A stretch of 64,000 bases of DNA, from assembly GCA_965644295.1 (NCBI GenBank), contig CBFFRP010000324.1, positions 288,261 through 352,260 of the forward strand, read 5' to 3'. Within the stretch, counting starts at the first letter, position 1. Every line of letters starts with the position of its first letter. Origin of the DNA: Paraphysomonas bandaiensis (lineage: Eukaryota; Protista; Chrysophyceae). The translations under genes were made by a program, and so were the position numbers. Positions 1-12,209 of this stretch are shown here, piece by piece. Under the pieces are notes generated by a model. That model saw only the letters and a program-made list of their open reading frames with translations. It ran no database searches and was not told the origin of the DNA.

Positions 1-180
1 GTGATTATAAGAGTGTAAGTAATGAGCACGATAGAGTGAAAATTATGAATAACAATATAGAACGTAGCTATCATGCACAACGGAATAGTTAGAAGTGTAA
101 CTGATAATGACGACGTTATGATGACGATCACGTATCTTCGACAGATATTTCATTGAACATTATAACTCACAGATACAATC

Positions 181-521
181 ATGTATTAAGCTGCATCCTA
201 ATAATCTCGAGGCTAGGATGATGTGGTTCTATCCCAATGCGCTTTTCAACTGGACCCCTGCAGAAGTAAAGAAGGGAATCAATAGCTGGTATGCGTTGAT
301 ACTGAGTTGATACTTCCACGATCGAAGGCATGCAGTTCAATCCCTGGAGTAGAAGAGACTACGATAGGACCAGAAAAGCATTGGTCACGCACTTCAGGTT
401 TCAGTGGCAATATGGCCAGCTTGATTGGCCAAAAAGATTTGGAGGAAAGGCTAAAGAGCTCCATCCAATGAACCGTATACAAAATGCAGTGTTGGATAGA
501 ATGTACCCAAGCGTAACATGA
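181..521 (+). pseudogene. C-terminal remnant of a putative Harbinger-type (DDE_Tnp_4) transposase
   Basis: RKALVTHFRFQWQYGQLDWPK resembles the L-x-x-HF...WP tail I recall from protist Harbinger transposases. Upstream frames are broken by stops and frameshifts; a GT-AG intron is likely at ~288-328. Confidence 0.35.
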
Positions 522-639
522 GTGTGCATAGAAGAAGAATGTGCAATTAGATTTTCTATGAACTAATAATTCCATATATTAATTACTTTCACTTCCAAGT
601 TCGATAATCTCAGCTTTTCATATACAAGTTTGATAAGTC

Positions 640-1270
640 CTCATACAAATATATACTTTTATGGTTTCAAGTTCTCGTTTACTTTTATGGTGCGGGCGAT
701 TTTTCGGCACTCTTCGCTATCACCATCATAATCATCCTCAGTAGTCAGGCCTTTATGTGTAATAACTACGTTTGTAGTTATGGATTCCTTGGATGTAGGA
801 GTAGGCTTCGAACTTTAAGTAGACGGAGTATGGAAGGCGTCGTCTACGGCGTGCCGGGCTTTCTTATTGAAGCTTTGTCGTAAATCCTTCACATTATCAA
901 TTGATAATCCTTTTCGCTTCTTTCCTTGGGTTAAGGAATAAGAGTTCAAAGCTCTATATTCTACTGGTTTCCCAAGAAGAATAAAAGTGGAGTTGCTTCC
1001 TCGGTCACAGTGTTCCCGGCTATTCCACTGACCAGACAGAACAGTTGCTGTATAAACAAACACTACTTATTCCAACTGTACAAATAATATGATATGTACC
1101 TTGGCCAAACCACCCTTGGTATTCCCTTTCAGCTGCTTTATCAATTCCTCCACTGCTGGGTAGTCCTTATCGACCTTCAAAATGTCAAGATGAAGGACCT
1201 GCTCCTCCTCTTTGTTGTCTAATTCTTTCTCCTCCTCGGAATGTTCCGGTTCACGATCACTGGTACTCAT
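640..1270 (-). pseudogene. Disrupted second ORF of the element (acidic N-terminus MSTSDREPEHSEEEKE...)
   Basis: ORF pieces 1067-1270 and 815-1063 are separated by an intron-like segment, with in-frame stops downstream. It is convergent with the transposase remnant, consistent with a two-gene PIF/Harbinger layout. Confidence 0.3.
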
Positions 1271-1978
1271 ATTTCTTAATTATAGTGATATATAAGGTAC
1301 TTTAAAGTGCATATATTGTGTGTATATTTCAGTAAAGAAATTCAGTATTCAGTGCTCCGACCTCTCACTGAAAAAGCATTTTCAGGTGGATTTTTATTCA
1401 GTGATCGACACTGAATACTGAATTTTATCGCTATATTCAGTGTTCAGAATTCAGTTTTGCTTAATAAGCCACCAAAAAAGCCATTTTTGACCACTGAATT
1501 TTCAGAATTCAGTATTCAGAAATTCAGTTTTCCTAAATAAGACCCACCCTAAGAATACATGAAATACCGGAATACGGTATGGTGATAGAATATCACTCCC
1601 GTATACGGCGGTACTGTTGCTTGTTGATGAGTCAAAATACAGTCTGTATATGGTATACGGCACTGACACCGTCATCGTCATCATTTAACTTCACGGAATC
1701 GCGATATATTGCGAGTGTATATCCGGGTGGGTATCAGTGGACCGAAGTCACCAACACACGGATGTCCAAGTGAAAATAAAGTACGTACGTCGAGATCTCC
1801 ACATCGTTTCACTTGAATCTCTATGAGATTCCCTCCAACACTCTCCCACCACACTGCTATCTACTGACGATATACATATACCTGTATGTATGTTGACACA
1901 AGACAACATCACTCACCTCTCTATATAACTATTAATTCTAACATGGTCCTCGTAACATTCGCCTAAGTATTCAATCAT

Positions 1979-3283
1979 ATGGAGCAATACAAGGTATCTA
2001 AACCTCGATCAAGCGACAAACAATTCGCCACAGCAGCGAAACGATTAGAAAAACTTAAATATGAAGGTAATTCCGCTTACTATCATGGTGATGAAACGGA
2101 GAAAGTGTTTGAACACACTTATGTTATCGCACGGTACTGTGGGATTGCTTTGTGTATGTACTTTATTGTGGGGATCGGTTACTTAAGATTCATTGACAAT
2201 TCAATGGCGACAAATATCTTTGATACTTTTTACTTTTGTGTTATCACTTTAACTACAATCGGATATGGAGATGTACATCCCACAAATAATTCTACGAAAC
2301 TTTTCGTATCTGCGTATGTTTTTCTCGGTCTTATGATATTAAGCAGCGCTATCACTGGTATAGTCAGATACTGGCGCCAGGAGCATATGAATATTAAGAA
2401 AAGGCTTACGTTGCAACAAATAGATAGAGAGGAGAGGTCCTTACGCGAGGCACTTGATATACCTTATGAGAATGAGGACTCAAAAAGAGAAGCTGTAGGG
2501 GAACAAGACAGTATTGTAATGGGGATTGTGACTGCTCCTCTTTTGGGTAATGTGGCGGCGGTGGATGCCTTGCGGCAGTTTCTGAAAGTTAGGTTAAGTG
2601 TTCCAGCTTATGCGGTGCCCATTATTCTCAAAATGCTAGGGGGATTTGCACTCATTCTAGCTAATGTTACCTTTGGTACGCTTTTTTATTCTGTTGTGGT
2701 GGACAATCACACTGTTGTGGATGCTATTTACCTCACTGCCATGACAATCACCACTGTTGGTTATGGGGATGTCGTTCCTTCTAGCACGAGTTCCCAGGCA
2801 TTCACCGTAGTTTACGCTTTGGTTGGAACCTTGGTAACGGGTAAGGCTCTCCAGACGTTTCACAATGCTATTGATGACTATCATCGGGCACACCGAAGTG
2901 AAGTCATCCTAAAGTCACAATTTGACCTTAATATCCTGTTTGACATGGATACGGATGGGGACGAACAGGTTTCTAAAGCTGAGTTCATTGTATATAAATT
3001 GATGCACATGAATCTTGTTGAACCGAAGGTTATTGCGAGCATTGAGCGACAGTTTCATGTCCTGGATGTAGATAATAACAACGCCCTAACTGTGAATGAC
3101 ATCGTCATGATGAGTAGTAAAGTTTATATACAGCCGAGGGTTACGGACGCTATGGGGGATCGTAAGACCGGTGTGTGGACAACATCCATTGCCCCTGTAA
3201 GAACAAAACAAAACCTCACTCAAGTAGCACCCACAGTTGATGAAGAGTCTGAGGTAAATGACACTGCTGAGGTTTCTGTTTAA
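1979..3283 (+). CDS. Two-pore K+ channel, TPK/KCO family, with C-terminal EF-hands
   Basis: Two pore loops (TTIGYGD, TTVGYGD) flanked by TM helices, plus EF-hand loops DTDGDEQVSKAE and DVDNNNALTVND. Single exon, 434 aa. Confidence 0.92.
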   Translation: MEQYKVSKPRSSDKQFATAAKRLEKLKYEGNSAYYHGDETEKVFEHTYVIARYCGIALCMYFIVGIGYLRFIDNSMATNIFDTFYFCVITLTTIGYGDVHPTNNSTKLFVSAYVFLGLMILSSAITGIVRYWRQEHMNIKKRLTLQQIDREERSLREALDIPYENEDSKREAVGEQDSIVMGIVTAPLLGNVAAVDALRQFLKVRLSVPAYAVPIILKMLGGFALILANVTFGTLFYSVVVDNHTVVDAIYLTAMTITTVGYGDVVPSSTSSQAFTVVYALVGTLVTGKALQTFHNAIDDYHRAHRSEVILKSQFDLNILFDMDTDGDEQVSKAEFIVYKLMHMNLVEPKVIASIERQFHVLDVDNNNALTVNDIVMMSSKVYIQPRVTDAMGDRKTGVWTTSIAPVRTKQNLTQVAPTVDEESEVNDTAEVSV

Positions 3284-3779
3284 TCTATAGTTGCAATTGG
3301 TCCTAAAATGTGTATTTGACTAAAATATTATTGGCGTCCTACATATCTACCCATTGAATAGTCTTCCCGTGTGTTTGCATACATTCTTTGTTTTTGTTTT
3401 CGTTATAATTTGTTGAATGAAATGCATACATGATCACTAAAAAGTTGGTATCATTACATTTTATTTTTGCGTGTCGGCTCTCGTGTCAATTTGATTGGGA
3501 GTGATGCATATATATTAGGTTCACACAGCATAATTTGTTATTGAAACAGAATGTGTCGTTGTTAATCTGGCACGACATGAAGTTCGTTGAAACTCTTCGC
3601 TTTGTCTACACTACACACATATGCTCCCTACATATATCTTATTTTGATCGTGTGGTCGGCCTTTTCATATACGAATACATACTTTGTCTGTTCACGTAAC
3701 AATCGATTCTAACCATCTTCTATCAAAGAATACATCGTCGATATGCATAACGCTGGTGGGCGTAGCATATAAGCCATAT

Positions 3780-4210
3780 AGTTATATGGCTATATAGTTC
3801 CACGCTGAAAATTTGGACAAGGGTGGATACCCCATATCTTCTTACTCCTTATCACCCATGGTTAAATTATAGCTTATCCTCATGATGTTGAAAACCTAGC
3901 TAGTATCTCTATTTTAAAGCAATTTGTGGCTTGTTGCATGTTTGCTGTAAGGGGAAGTGTTGAGCAATTTAAAGCTGTACTTTTAAGGTATTGGAATTAT
4001 GATCGTTAGTCGAATAATACAGTAGTGGTTAACAGTACTATGAAAACTAACAACATGATAGATACTGTAGTAATGAAACTGAATATATTATATATATATT
4101 GATCATACAAGATAGAAGATAGTGACGATGTAAGATCGTACTAAAAATGATTGGTCGTAGAGGTAACATGAAATTGATGAATGCGAAGAGATATGATTAT
4201 AATAATTTTG
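3780..4210. repeat. Old dispersed repeat family B (inverted copy at ~52610-53415; partial inverted copy at ~5980-6047)
   Basis: The blocks gagcaatt.a.agct.ta.tt.taaggtatt, atagtgacgatg and taagatcgtac recur in reverse complement near 52650-52700 and 53267-53300. The block ttggacaa...ttactcc...cttatcctcat recurs inverted at 5980-6047. Confidence 0.5.
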
Positions 4211-4481
4211 ACAACACAATCAGTGAATACACGTCCAGTTAACTTAGTAAATCATCCAATTGTGTCATAACTTGACAAATAGGTGTTCCCTAATTAACAT
4301 TAACAACACAAATGAAAACTCATATTGTCTCAAATCAATGGTATGTATACTGTATAACTAGGGAATAGCAATTACACCAGATCAACTCAAAACAAAAAAC
4401 ATCAAGTTTTATAATGGCTACAACAAATTCATTTTTACCACAGAATGTAGAAAATGTAGTAGTGGATGCCCTATTATCCTA

Positions 4482-4948
4482 TTATTAGCAATAGGCGTTT
4501 AAGATCCAGTTCTTATCTCTGATATATCCTAATATTTAACGCTACGAAGGCTGCTTGTGCAGCACCGCAACATCAAGTGCAACCACTTTCGCTCTATTAA
4601 TCAAAGCAAACGCAGTGAGCAAGCAGAATGTTGAAATACCTGACATCTGCTGACTTCAGGTTTTTTGAGTCCGTAAGAGGTGAACGGCCCAGATACTTGA
4701 CTTCAGGCAGCCCAAGACCCCAGATGCCCTTGATGAGGTGGGCCCAGTCCCGGATGCTATTGATTCGTCAGTGCCAAAGACGTCTACACAAGTGGTACTT
4801 TTATTTGTACCCCTTCAATTGTAACACACAAACACTTGGCTATGAGTGAAAATAATCTGCTGACTATATATGTGGCTCATATTAGTTTCCCGGAGAAATA
4901 TCTCCGCTACTTATTTCTCAAAACACCACGAAAAGATGCGAGCTCGAC
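4482..4948. repeat. Dispersed repeat family A, copy 1 (~465 bp)
   Basis: Co-linear similarity with 5075-5537 (ttattagcaataggcgtt ... taacgctacg ... aaagacgtctacacaagtg ... aacaccacgaaaag) and with 52300-52503. Confidence 0.85.
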
Positions 4949-5074
4949 AATGCCCTTGCAGAATGTAGATATGATAAATTAAGATTTTTTATTTGTTTTC
5001 ATATTTCAAAATGTATATCACAAAGCAAGTTACAAATAGCTATACAGTATAGATATTATATATTGAAAGTCTTG

Positions 5075-5537
5075 TTATTAGCAATAGGCGTTAAAAACCT
5101 GCACCAACTTAGCAGCTAGATGAATGCTAGACAAACTAGTTAGACCTCTACCTGTAACTAATCAGTACACACTTTTTTTATCCTACTATTTAACGCTACG
5201 GAAGCTGCTTGTGCGTCGCCGCAAGCACCAAGGTGCAAAAACTTCCGCTCTGAGTGCTTAAGGTGAACATCCCAGATGCTTGACTTCAGCTGGCAGCCCA
5301 ATACCCTGGTTACCCTTCAGGTGGGCCCTGTCCCGGATGCCTGTTTATTTGTCAGGGCCTAAAGACGTCTACACAAGTGACACTTATTGGTGCCCCTTGT
5401 ACCACACAAGCATTCGGCTATGAGTGGGCAGAAGAATATCTGCTGACTATATATATTATGCGGCTCACGTTAGTTTCCCATAGAGAATCTCTCCGGTACT
5501 TATCCCCCAGAACACCACGAAAAGGTGCGAGTCCGAC
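5075..5537. repeat. Dispersed repeat family A, copy 2
   Basis: Diverged direct repeat of 4482-4948 with an internal deletion. Confidence 0.85.
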
Positions 5538-6738
5538 TTTGTTGAGGGCAGTATAGATATTAGGTTTTCAACAGAAACTCTTCCCTTGCCTAAATTTTAA
5601 AACTTGGGCTCGTATCCCTCCTTATTACGCGTGGCCCGTGGTTAAATATGACTATACCCCCATTTGGTCCAAACGTTTGTTTCGCATGGATTGGATTCAA
5701 TAGTTTGCTTATATTACCTCCGGGAAAGTATACACTTACAAATTCAATACTCGGGTCGAGCAGACACTAATTCTATATCTTAACTATAATATTGGCAGTC
5801 ATTCTAAAGTGACTTCATCAAACACTCCAAGTTATAAAGACTTCAAAACAATGCTTTGAATGTTTACTTGTTTTTTATTGTTATTTAGGGAACACATGTT
5901 TCATTTAACAGCACACAAGCTATACATTCAAGTAACAGCACACATGTTATTTAATAGCTATACATTCAAGATATATGAGGCTTTTTAGCATTATGAGGAT
6001 AAGGTACAATTTACCCTTGGAGTAAGGAATATCATCCATTGTCCAACTGTTCTAGAATCCTTGTAACCCGTTGTTAAATATAACTAAAGTGAAGTGCACT
6101 CAAAAGTAGAGTCATGTATTAAATGTTAAGTGTTAAGTATATATTAAATGACAAATCATATTGTGACTATACTAAATACTTCTAAATACGATGTTGTGAG
6201 GGGTGTTGGTGGTATGGCTCGATAGAACACGTAGTTCAAAAAAACTTGGTTAAATATAAATAAATCAAATTACTTTTTTGAGTATCAACGTTGGCATCTC
6301 CTTGATAGAATAAGCTCAGACAATACAACATTACTGTTAGAAATCCGTCAAAGTGACTAGTCTAATCTACATGAAGCAGAGTGATTCACCGGAATGTTAA
6401 CTATGCCAATGAAGTCAACTCAGTATAAAAAACTTTCAGAGCTATACCAACAGACTACTAGGGTCCCTGTCTTCAACTGATAGCAGACACCAAACTAAAC
6501 ATTACACCCTATCTCTCGATCTTCCCCAAGAGATATGGTACACACTCTCCTCGTCCTAGACGAACACATATGTAGTGTGGAAAAGCTGAGTTGTAGCACT
6601 GCATGACATGCATGCTAAACAGTTTACTGCATAACTTCAGGAGAATTCAGTCCCCCAAAACATTGCGGCATATAGAATGTTTCATATTACAATTTTCGAA
6701 CATGGCCATGTTGCTATTGATACGGTCTGTGTGTACTC

Positions 6739-6840
6739 CTGTGTACCTATGCACTCCTATCTGTGTGTACCTATGCACTCCTATCTGTGTGTACCTATGC
6801 ACTCCTATCTGTGTGTACCTATGCACTCCTATCTGTGTGT
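6739..6840. repeat. 24-bp minisatellite (TGTGTACCTATGCACTCCTATCTG), ~4 copies
   Basis: Direct tandem repeats, also visible as an 8-aa periodicity in the spurious overlapping ORFs. Confidence 0.9.
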
Positions 6841-7144
6841 TGTTGCCCTGTACATGCACATAGTATATATGTATGTGTATGGACTACTGTATGTACAGTA
6901 TACCGTACATAATTTTCGAATTCGCACAGAGCACTGAAGTTCCAGAAACTGAAAATATTACAGTATGGAGCTTCCGGAACACCATCAGATGATGTGAAGT
7001 GGCCTTCTTTTGGACCATTTAGCAGCATCAGCGCAACGAATATCTTGCAGCCATAAGCAGCTGATGTTGACAACATCAAGACGAGAATGTTGCGGTATTT
7101 GTATATCACATCTCGGCTACATTGCTGCCTATACAATCTCAACT

Positions 7145-8002
7145 ATGAGTGACGAGTATTACTACGATTCCGAGGATGCATTTAACTTCTACAAACATGT
7201 CTGGGGAGGCCACTTCATTCACGTTGGACTGTATCAAGATCTGCCCAGGCAGCTGACAGGGACAGAACGAATATTCTCTGCAAGTTCTATGGCACTTGAT
7301 CACCTCCTGTCGAAGCATGAGAAGCACTCTTCTCAGCCTCTTGATAACTCTTCTCGAATAATGGATATGGGAGCGGCGTTAGGAGGTGCTGCTCGTCACT
7401 GTGCTAAAAAGTATGGGTGCCGGGTGACTTGCATCGACCTTTCTGCTAAAGAGAACGCTGCTAACCGTCTAGAGTCTGCGCAGCAGGGATTGGGTGACCT
7501 AATCTATATTCCTGGTGAGAAAGACTTCTCCCACACAGGCGAGGAGTCCGGAACATATGACTTCATATTTTCCGAGGACTGCTTTCTACATGTTCCAGGC
7601 CCTGCCAGAGAGAGTGTTATGGCAGAAGCAGCACGGCTACTGAAGCCTAATGGTCTGATGGTATTCTCAGATATTATGCAAATTGATAATGCGGATACTG
7701 AGAAACTAGCCCCCGTGTATCAGCGACTGAACCTTGTTGATCTCGGTAGTCCTGGTCGGTACAAAGAGTGGGGAGCCAAACATGGCCTTTCTCTTCTGGA
7801 GTATGATGACCGTACATCTGACTTGTGTACTCACTATGGAACTGTGAAGGATGTCTTGCTTGCTAAAATGCCTGAGTTGAGAGGACTTGTGTCCGAACGG
7901 TATATCCAGGACATGTTGAGAGGTTTGGATTCATGGGTACAACACTCATCAGGGGAGAACGCCAATATTTGTTGGGGGTTCCAAGTGTTCCGCAAAGACT
8001 AA
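7145..8002 (+). CDS. SAM-dependent methyltransferase, sarcosine/dimethylglycine N-methyltransferase (SDMT)-like family
   Basis: N-terminal YYDSEDAFNFYKHVWGGHFIHVGLY signature, motif I MDMGAALGGAAR, SEDCFLH, LKPNG and C-terminal WG. Likely start is MSDEYY at 7145. Intronless. Confidence 0.85.
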   Translation: MSDEYYYDSEDAFNFYKHVWGGHFIHVGLYQDLPRQLTGTERIFSASSMALDHLLSKHEKHSSQPLDNSSRIMDMGAALGGAARHCAKKYGCRVTCIDLSAKENAANRLESAQQGLGDLIYIPGEKDFSHTGEESGTYDFIFSEDCFLHVPGPARESVMAEAARLLKPNGLMVFSDIMQIDNADTEKLAPVYQRLNLVDLGSPGRYKEWGAKHGLSLLEYDDRTSDLCTHYGTVKDVLLAKMPELRGLVSERYIQDMLRGLDSWVQHSSGENANICWGFQVFRKD

Positions 8003-8364
8003 AGAAATAAATTATTTTCTCGAAAGAAAAATCTACATTGACACCTAAAAGTTACACGAAGTGAATTGTTTTTTATAACTATTGGCACCCCAAAGCTTCC
8101 GGTGGTGTTACGCTGATCTAAAATGCGTTGTCAAGCTAAAGTACAAGGGCTAAGCTGTTTTTCCATTGATTAGAGCTCGTCCAATTATACAACTTACACC
8201 ACTGTGATGCTGTAAGTTAATAACGTTAAATCTTTCTTTTCCCTTTTAAAATTGTCACAAAATAAGCAACTCAATAGTCATTCTTTTTTATTTACCGTCA
8301 ACAATTATTGAATATCAGTAATATTTTAGAGTATTATCCGTGACGCACATAACACATCAAATAA

Positions 8365-10780
8365 TCATAACGGTCTAATATTCACAACAATATTGAAGTG
8401 CCTTACAGCTGAAAACACCTCATCTTCCTTCAAATCTTCGAGCCAGAGTATATCACACAGTGGTGTCTTCCCATCAAGATAAGGTGAGAGTTTTTTTCTA
8501 ATAACGCGCATATCACGGTCCGTTTGAATCATCATATCATAGCTGTGCTCTCTCGTGTGGCCTCTCTTTTGAAATGCTGACCCAAAATTTCCACTCTGTC
8601 GGGGGACGGACCCAGTGTCATTGAGACTCATGTGCAGTTGACCTCTAGAATTTCTCACACTCATAAGGAGAGAAACATCTACAAAAAAGTAGTGAAGCTC
8701 CCTAATCATATGCCATCTCAACAGCCATACAACGATATCGACACCATGAGCTTGTAGATGACGCGGAAATCGTGTAATAGCATCGTGAAGGGGGACTTTA
8801 CCAGTGAACGCCGAAAGAACAGAGTTAATATCCCCTCCTCCAAAACACGATGCGAATGAATGTGCTACGCGTCCACCAGCTGACCTGCGGGCGGGATCCG
8901 AAGTGGTCTCACATTGAAGTGGGGCATCAGGGTGTACCTGATAGAGGGAGTGAGCCGTTATAGTACCAATAATTTCACCCAATCCCCATTCACAGAGGTG
9001 GTTCACGGCGGAGTACACCTGCCAGGAATATTGCCATTAGATCAACACGAGAAAGGAGTAGACAACGTTTCTAACCTCGGCTAACGGCGTGTCGACAGCG
9101 TGTCTAATCTCTGCAAATGACTGAGTCGGGTTCATGGCCAGTAGAAGTCGCCACATCTTCGGCGAGCAGTGATGGCTGGGTGTCCTCAGTGCAGGTTTAG
9201 TGGTTGCTGTGGCACGAACTCCTTGTCCAGGTAAACACCTCGCAGCTGCTGCCCTGCTACGGAGAGAACCCTTTCCAGGAGCAGGTGCCGCATCTGAAGC
9301 AGCAGGGAGATCAGAGTCAGCAGGAGCGGCGTTGCGCGGAGAGTTTGTTTGTATATGTCCCCCTACTGGATTCACAATTGAACATCCCAGGGTCTGCATA
9401 ACTGCTCCCAAAGCTTCTGGATCTGCTATGGGGAGAAACGTTTGAAACGGCATAGGACCAGATCCACGTGAGTGGAAACTAATTGGTTCGAGGGCAGTAC
9501 CCGATGAGCGTCGGGAAGATACTGCTGGGGCGGACTGTGAGCGAATGACAGGCTCACTGGACGCCGCTAGTGAATCGATTCGTCGACTAACCTCAGAAAT
9601 TTCTTTCAAAGGAGAAGTAGGAGACGGCGCAGTCAGTGGAGAAAGCAAAGGAATATTTATTGAAACTACCCCATTAACTGTCATGCTTACACAGTATCCA
9701 CCTATACAACTCATTACAATGGATTACAAAGTAGGGAAGGAACACACCAACGAGACTATGATAGAGTGCTCGTAATTCATTTGCGAGGCTAGACTGCTGC
9801 AAAACGCACTCACACCGCGCCACGTCTCTATTAATCTGTGCCTCCTCCTGCGACACCAATGTACGCTCAACTAGCATCGGCGCCTGCTGAGTGGGGGACG
9901 GGGACGATAATGACCCGGTAGAGTTGGACTTAATGGCTGGCGCAGGTGTCGAATGCTTGTCCACCTCTTGTACACTATCTGCAGCCCCTGTGGAGGAATT
10001 AAGTGGGGCCGATACAACAGCAGCAGGATTTGAAGCCTCAGTTGTAGGATGGTTACTAAATGACGATCGAACATCCTCATTTATTTTGAATATGAGAGAC
10101 ACCTCCTTGCTGACATACCCTGCGCGTTTCTCTTGGTGATGTAATGCCCGAGCAAAGCTCTCTACAACTCTAAATATTCAATATCAAATGAAAACACTAA
10201 ATTGGGCGACATCCGTACCTATGAAGTACAGCAATACTAAGAGGGTTACGTCCATTTCCAAGGCCTAGGAGTTCAGCCACAGGATCTTCTCCCGGTTGAC
10301 GCCTTCCAGTGGGTCTTGGTTTGGACTGTGCCTTTGCAATAGCTCCCTCGCGAACAGTGGATATGATAACGCTGAACATGGTAATGTCGTCCGTTATATC
10401 CGGATCGTCCCCAGATAACAACTGAGGATCACGTTGACAGGGTATAGGTAAACTCACATATTGTAAGTCGTCAATAACAAGGTCCAAAACCTGGTAATGT
10501 ATCAAATTAACTAAAAAATGAACAAGTCCTTACTTTATTAAACATGGAATGGTTAGGACGAAAGAGTCTCGCAAAGTTATCTGGACTACATGAGGTGATG
10601 TTATGTATGACTAGACATCGTATAGATTTCGTATCACCTCAATGCCAGATAATCCTTATGAAACTTCAAGAAATTTTCACCGTAATTAATAACAGAAGAT
10701 GGAACCGCTTCAGGGTATCTAAATACAAGGCGCTGACCTTTTCTAATATCATCTACAACTAAAGCCACTCCAATAATCAT
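8365..10780 (-). CDS. NPRL3: GATOR1 subunit NPRL3 (Npr3), multi-exon
   Basis: N-terminus MIIGVALVVDDIRKGQRLVFRYP, then LDLVIDDLQYVSLP, SSLANELRALYHSL and HLCEWGLGEIIGTI, with C-terminal winged-helix segments (WLLRWHMIRELHYF, YLDGKTPL). Short GT-AG introns join the listed ORFs. Confidence 0.85.
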
Positions 10781-10974
10781 AATCAATTAAACAGAGATGT
10801 AATGGTTAGTGTGGATATATTTCATATGAAGTAACATCTAACGAGACTTTAGTAATTGCATTAGATTGCTGATTAATCCAGTTATCTAGGCACTAAGTTG
10901 TTCCACAGTCCATCTCTGGTTAACTATATGCATGGTATGATCTATAGATACACCACGGCATACATGTAATATAC

Positions 10975-11163
10975 ATATACATACATATTATTAACGGGCT
11001 ACATTGTATCAGAACGGACATTCTCCGGTCTGTAGACGTAGCCGGGCTACATACCCCTCCAGCCTTCAGCATACATACATATTATTAACGGGCTACATTG
11101 TATCAAAACGGATATTATCCGGTCTGTAGACGTAGCCGGGCTACATACCCCTCCAGCCTTCAG
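10975..11163. repeat. 94-bp tandem duplication upstream of NPRL3
   Basis: Two near-identical copies of catacatattattaacgggctac...ccagccttcag with period 94. Confidence 0.9.
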
Positions 11164-12209
11164 CTCAGTCAGAGGCAGAGTATTAAGTTCTTTAGCTATA
11201 TTGACTCACGTCAACGCTAAAACTATACCAAATCATATTTCCTTCCCGCCATAATGGAGTAGGAGCTTACAAGCACGTAGAACGATTATGCCGACATGGA
11301 TTGGGAGACACTTATATGTCAAATGAAATTATTAAGCTGCGATGCATGTGTCCAGTCCTTGTACACTATGGGCATATATATGAGTCCAGAGGAGTAGCTC
11401 TGGAGAAGATATATCACCTTCTGTACTGCCTTTATACAGGGTCGGTCAATTTGTTTATATTACCAAATGACAAGGTGACCTTGAATAGTGGCTGTGGAGA
11501 AGACAGTGGGTGGGATCTGCATGCTAAGTACAGCGGGCTAACAGGCTGATTTAAGACCCGTATCGAATCTGCCATGTCATGAGGTTCTCACATGAATGCA
11601 CAATGGAATTAAAGTACCATATCCAAGAAGGATAAACTCGTTTCAATGATATCCTTTTGAAATGTAGCAACTCTAATATATATTATATATTCTGCATATA
11701 AATAGTAACCCTCGAAGTGAGAGAAATATATTGTAATATAATGGATTTATTGGAAGTGTGTAATGATATGTAGTAAAATTAAGTAATTCTTTGTCAATAG
11801 TAGACCTTTCCCTCGTGTTTGTGTGTGTCAATTAGAGTGCATTTTGCAGTAACTTCAGAGATCAGCAGTTAATCCCAAAAGTGCCATATATACTCATGCG
11901 TCGACAACTGAATTTACATACTTCGCAAAATTTCGCTATTCGAAAGTAAGCATTAAGTGTATAGAATAGTACCGTTGGTATACACATCCAATAGAAAATT
12001 TTGCATCACGCTATGTAATGCTAATAGTACGTATAAAAGCTAGTGAATATATACATTAACGATTATTCTACAATACAGATATTCACAACAACCGGAAAGC
12101 ATCAACAGACGAACGACATTTTCCACATAATACTTACACTCCAAACACACGGGTCAAATACAACAGAAACAAATATCGACGCATCTTTGACGGTAGCTTG
12201 TCGATAATC

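Larger units (their letters stand above)
1..1549. mobile_element. Right arm of a degenerate PIF/Harbinger-like DNA transposon (runs off the window start)
   Basis: The end reads CCTAAATAAGACCCACCC followed by TAA (1550-1552). Its reverse complement GGGTGGGTCTTATTTAGG resembles PIF/Tourist TIRs, which have TAA/TTA target duplications. A dense subterminal cluster of TTCAGT/ACTGAA motifs lies at 1328-1528, and two convergent ORF remnants lie inside. The left TIR is not visible. Confidence 0.5.
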
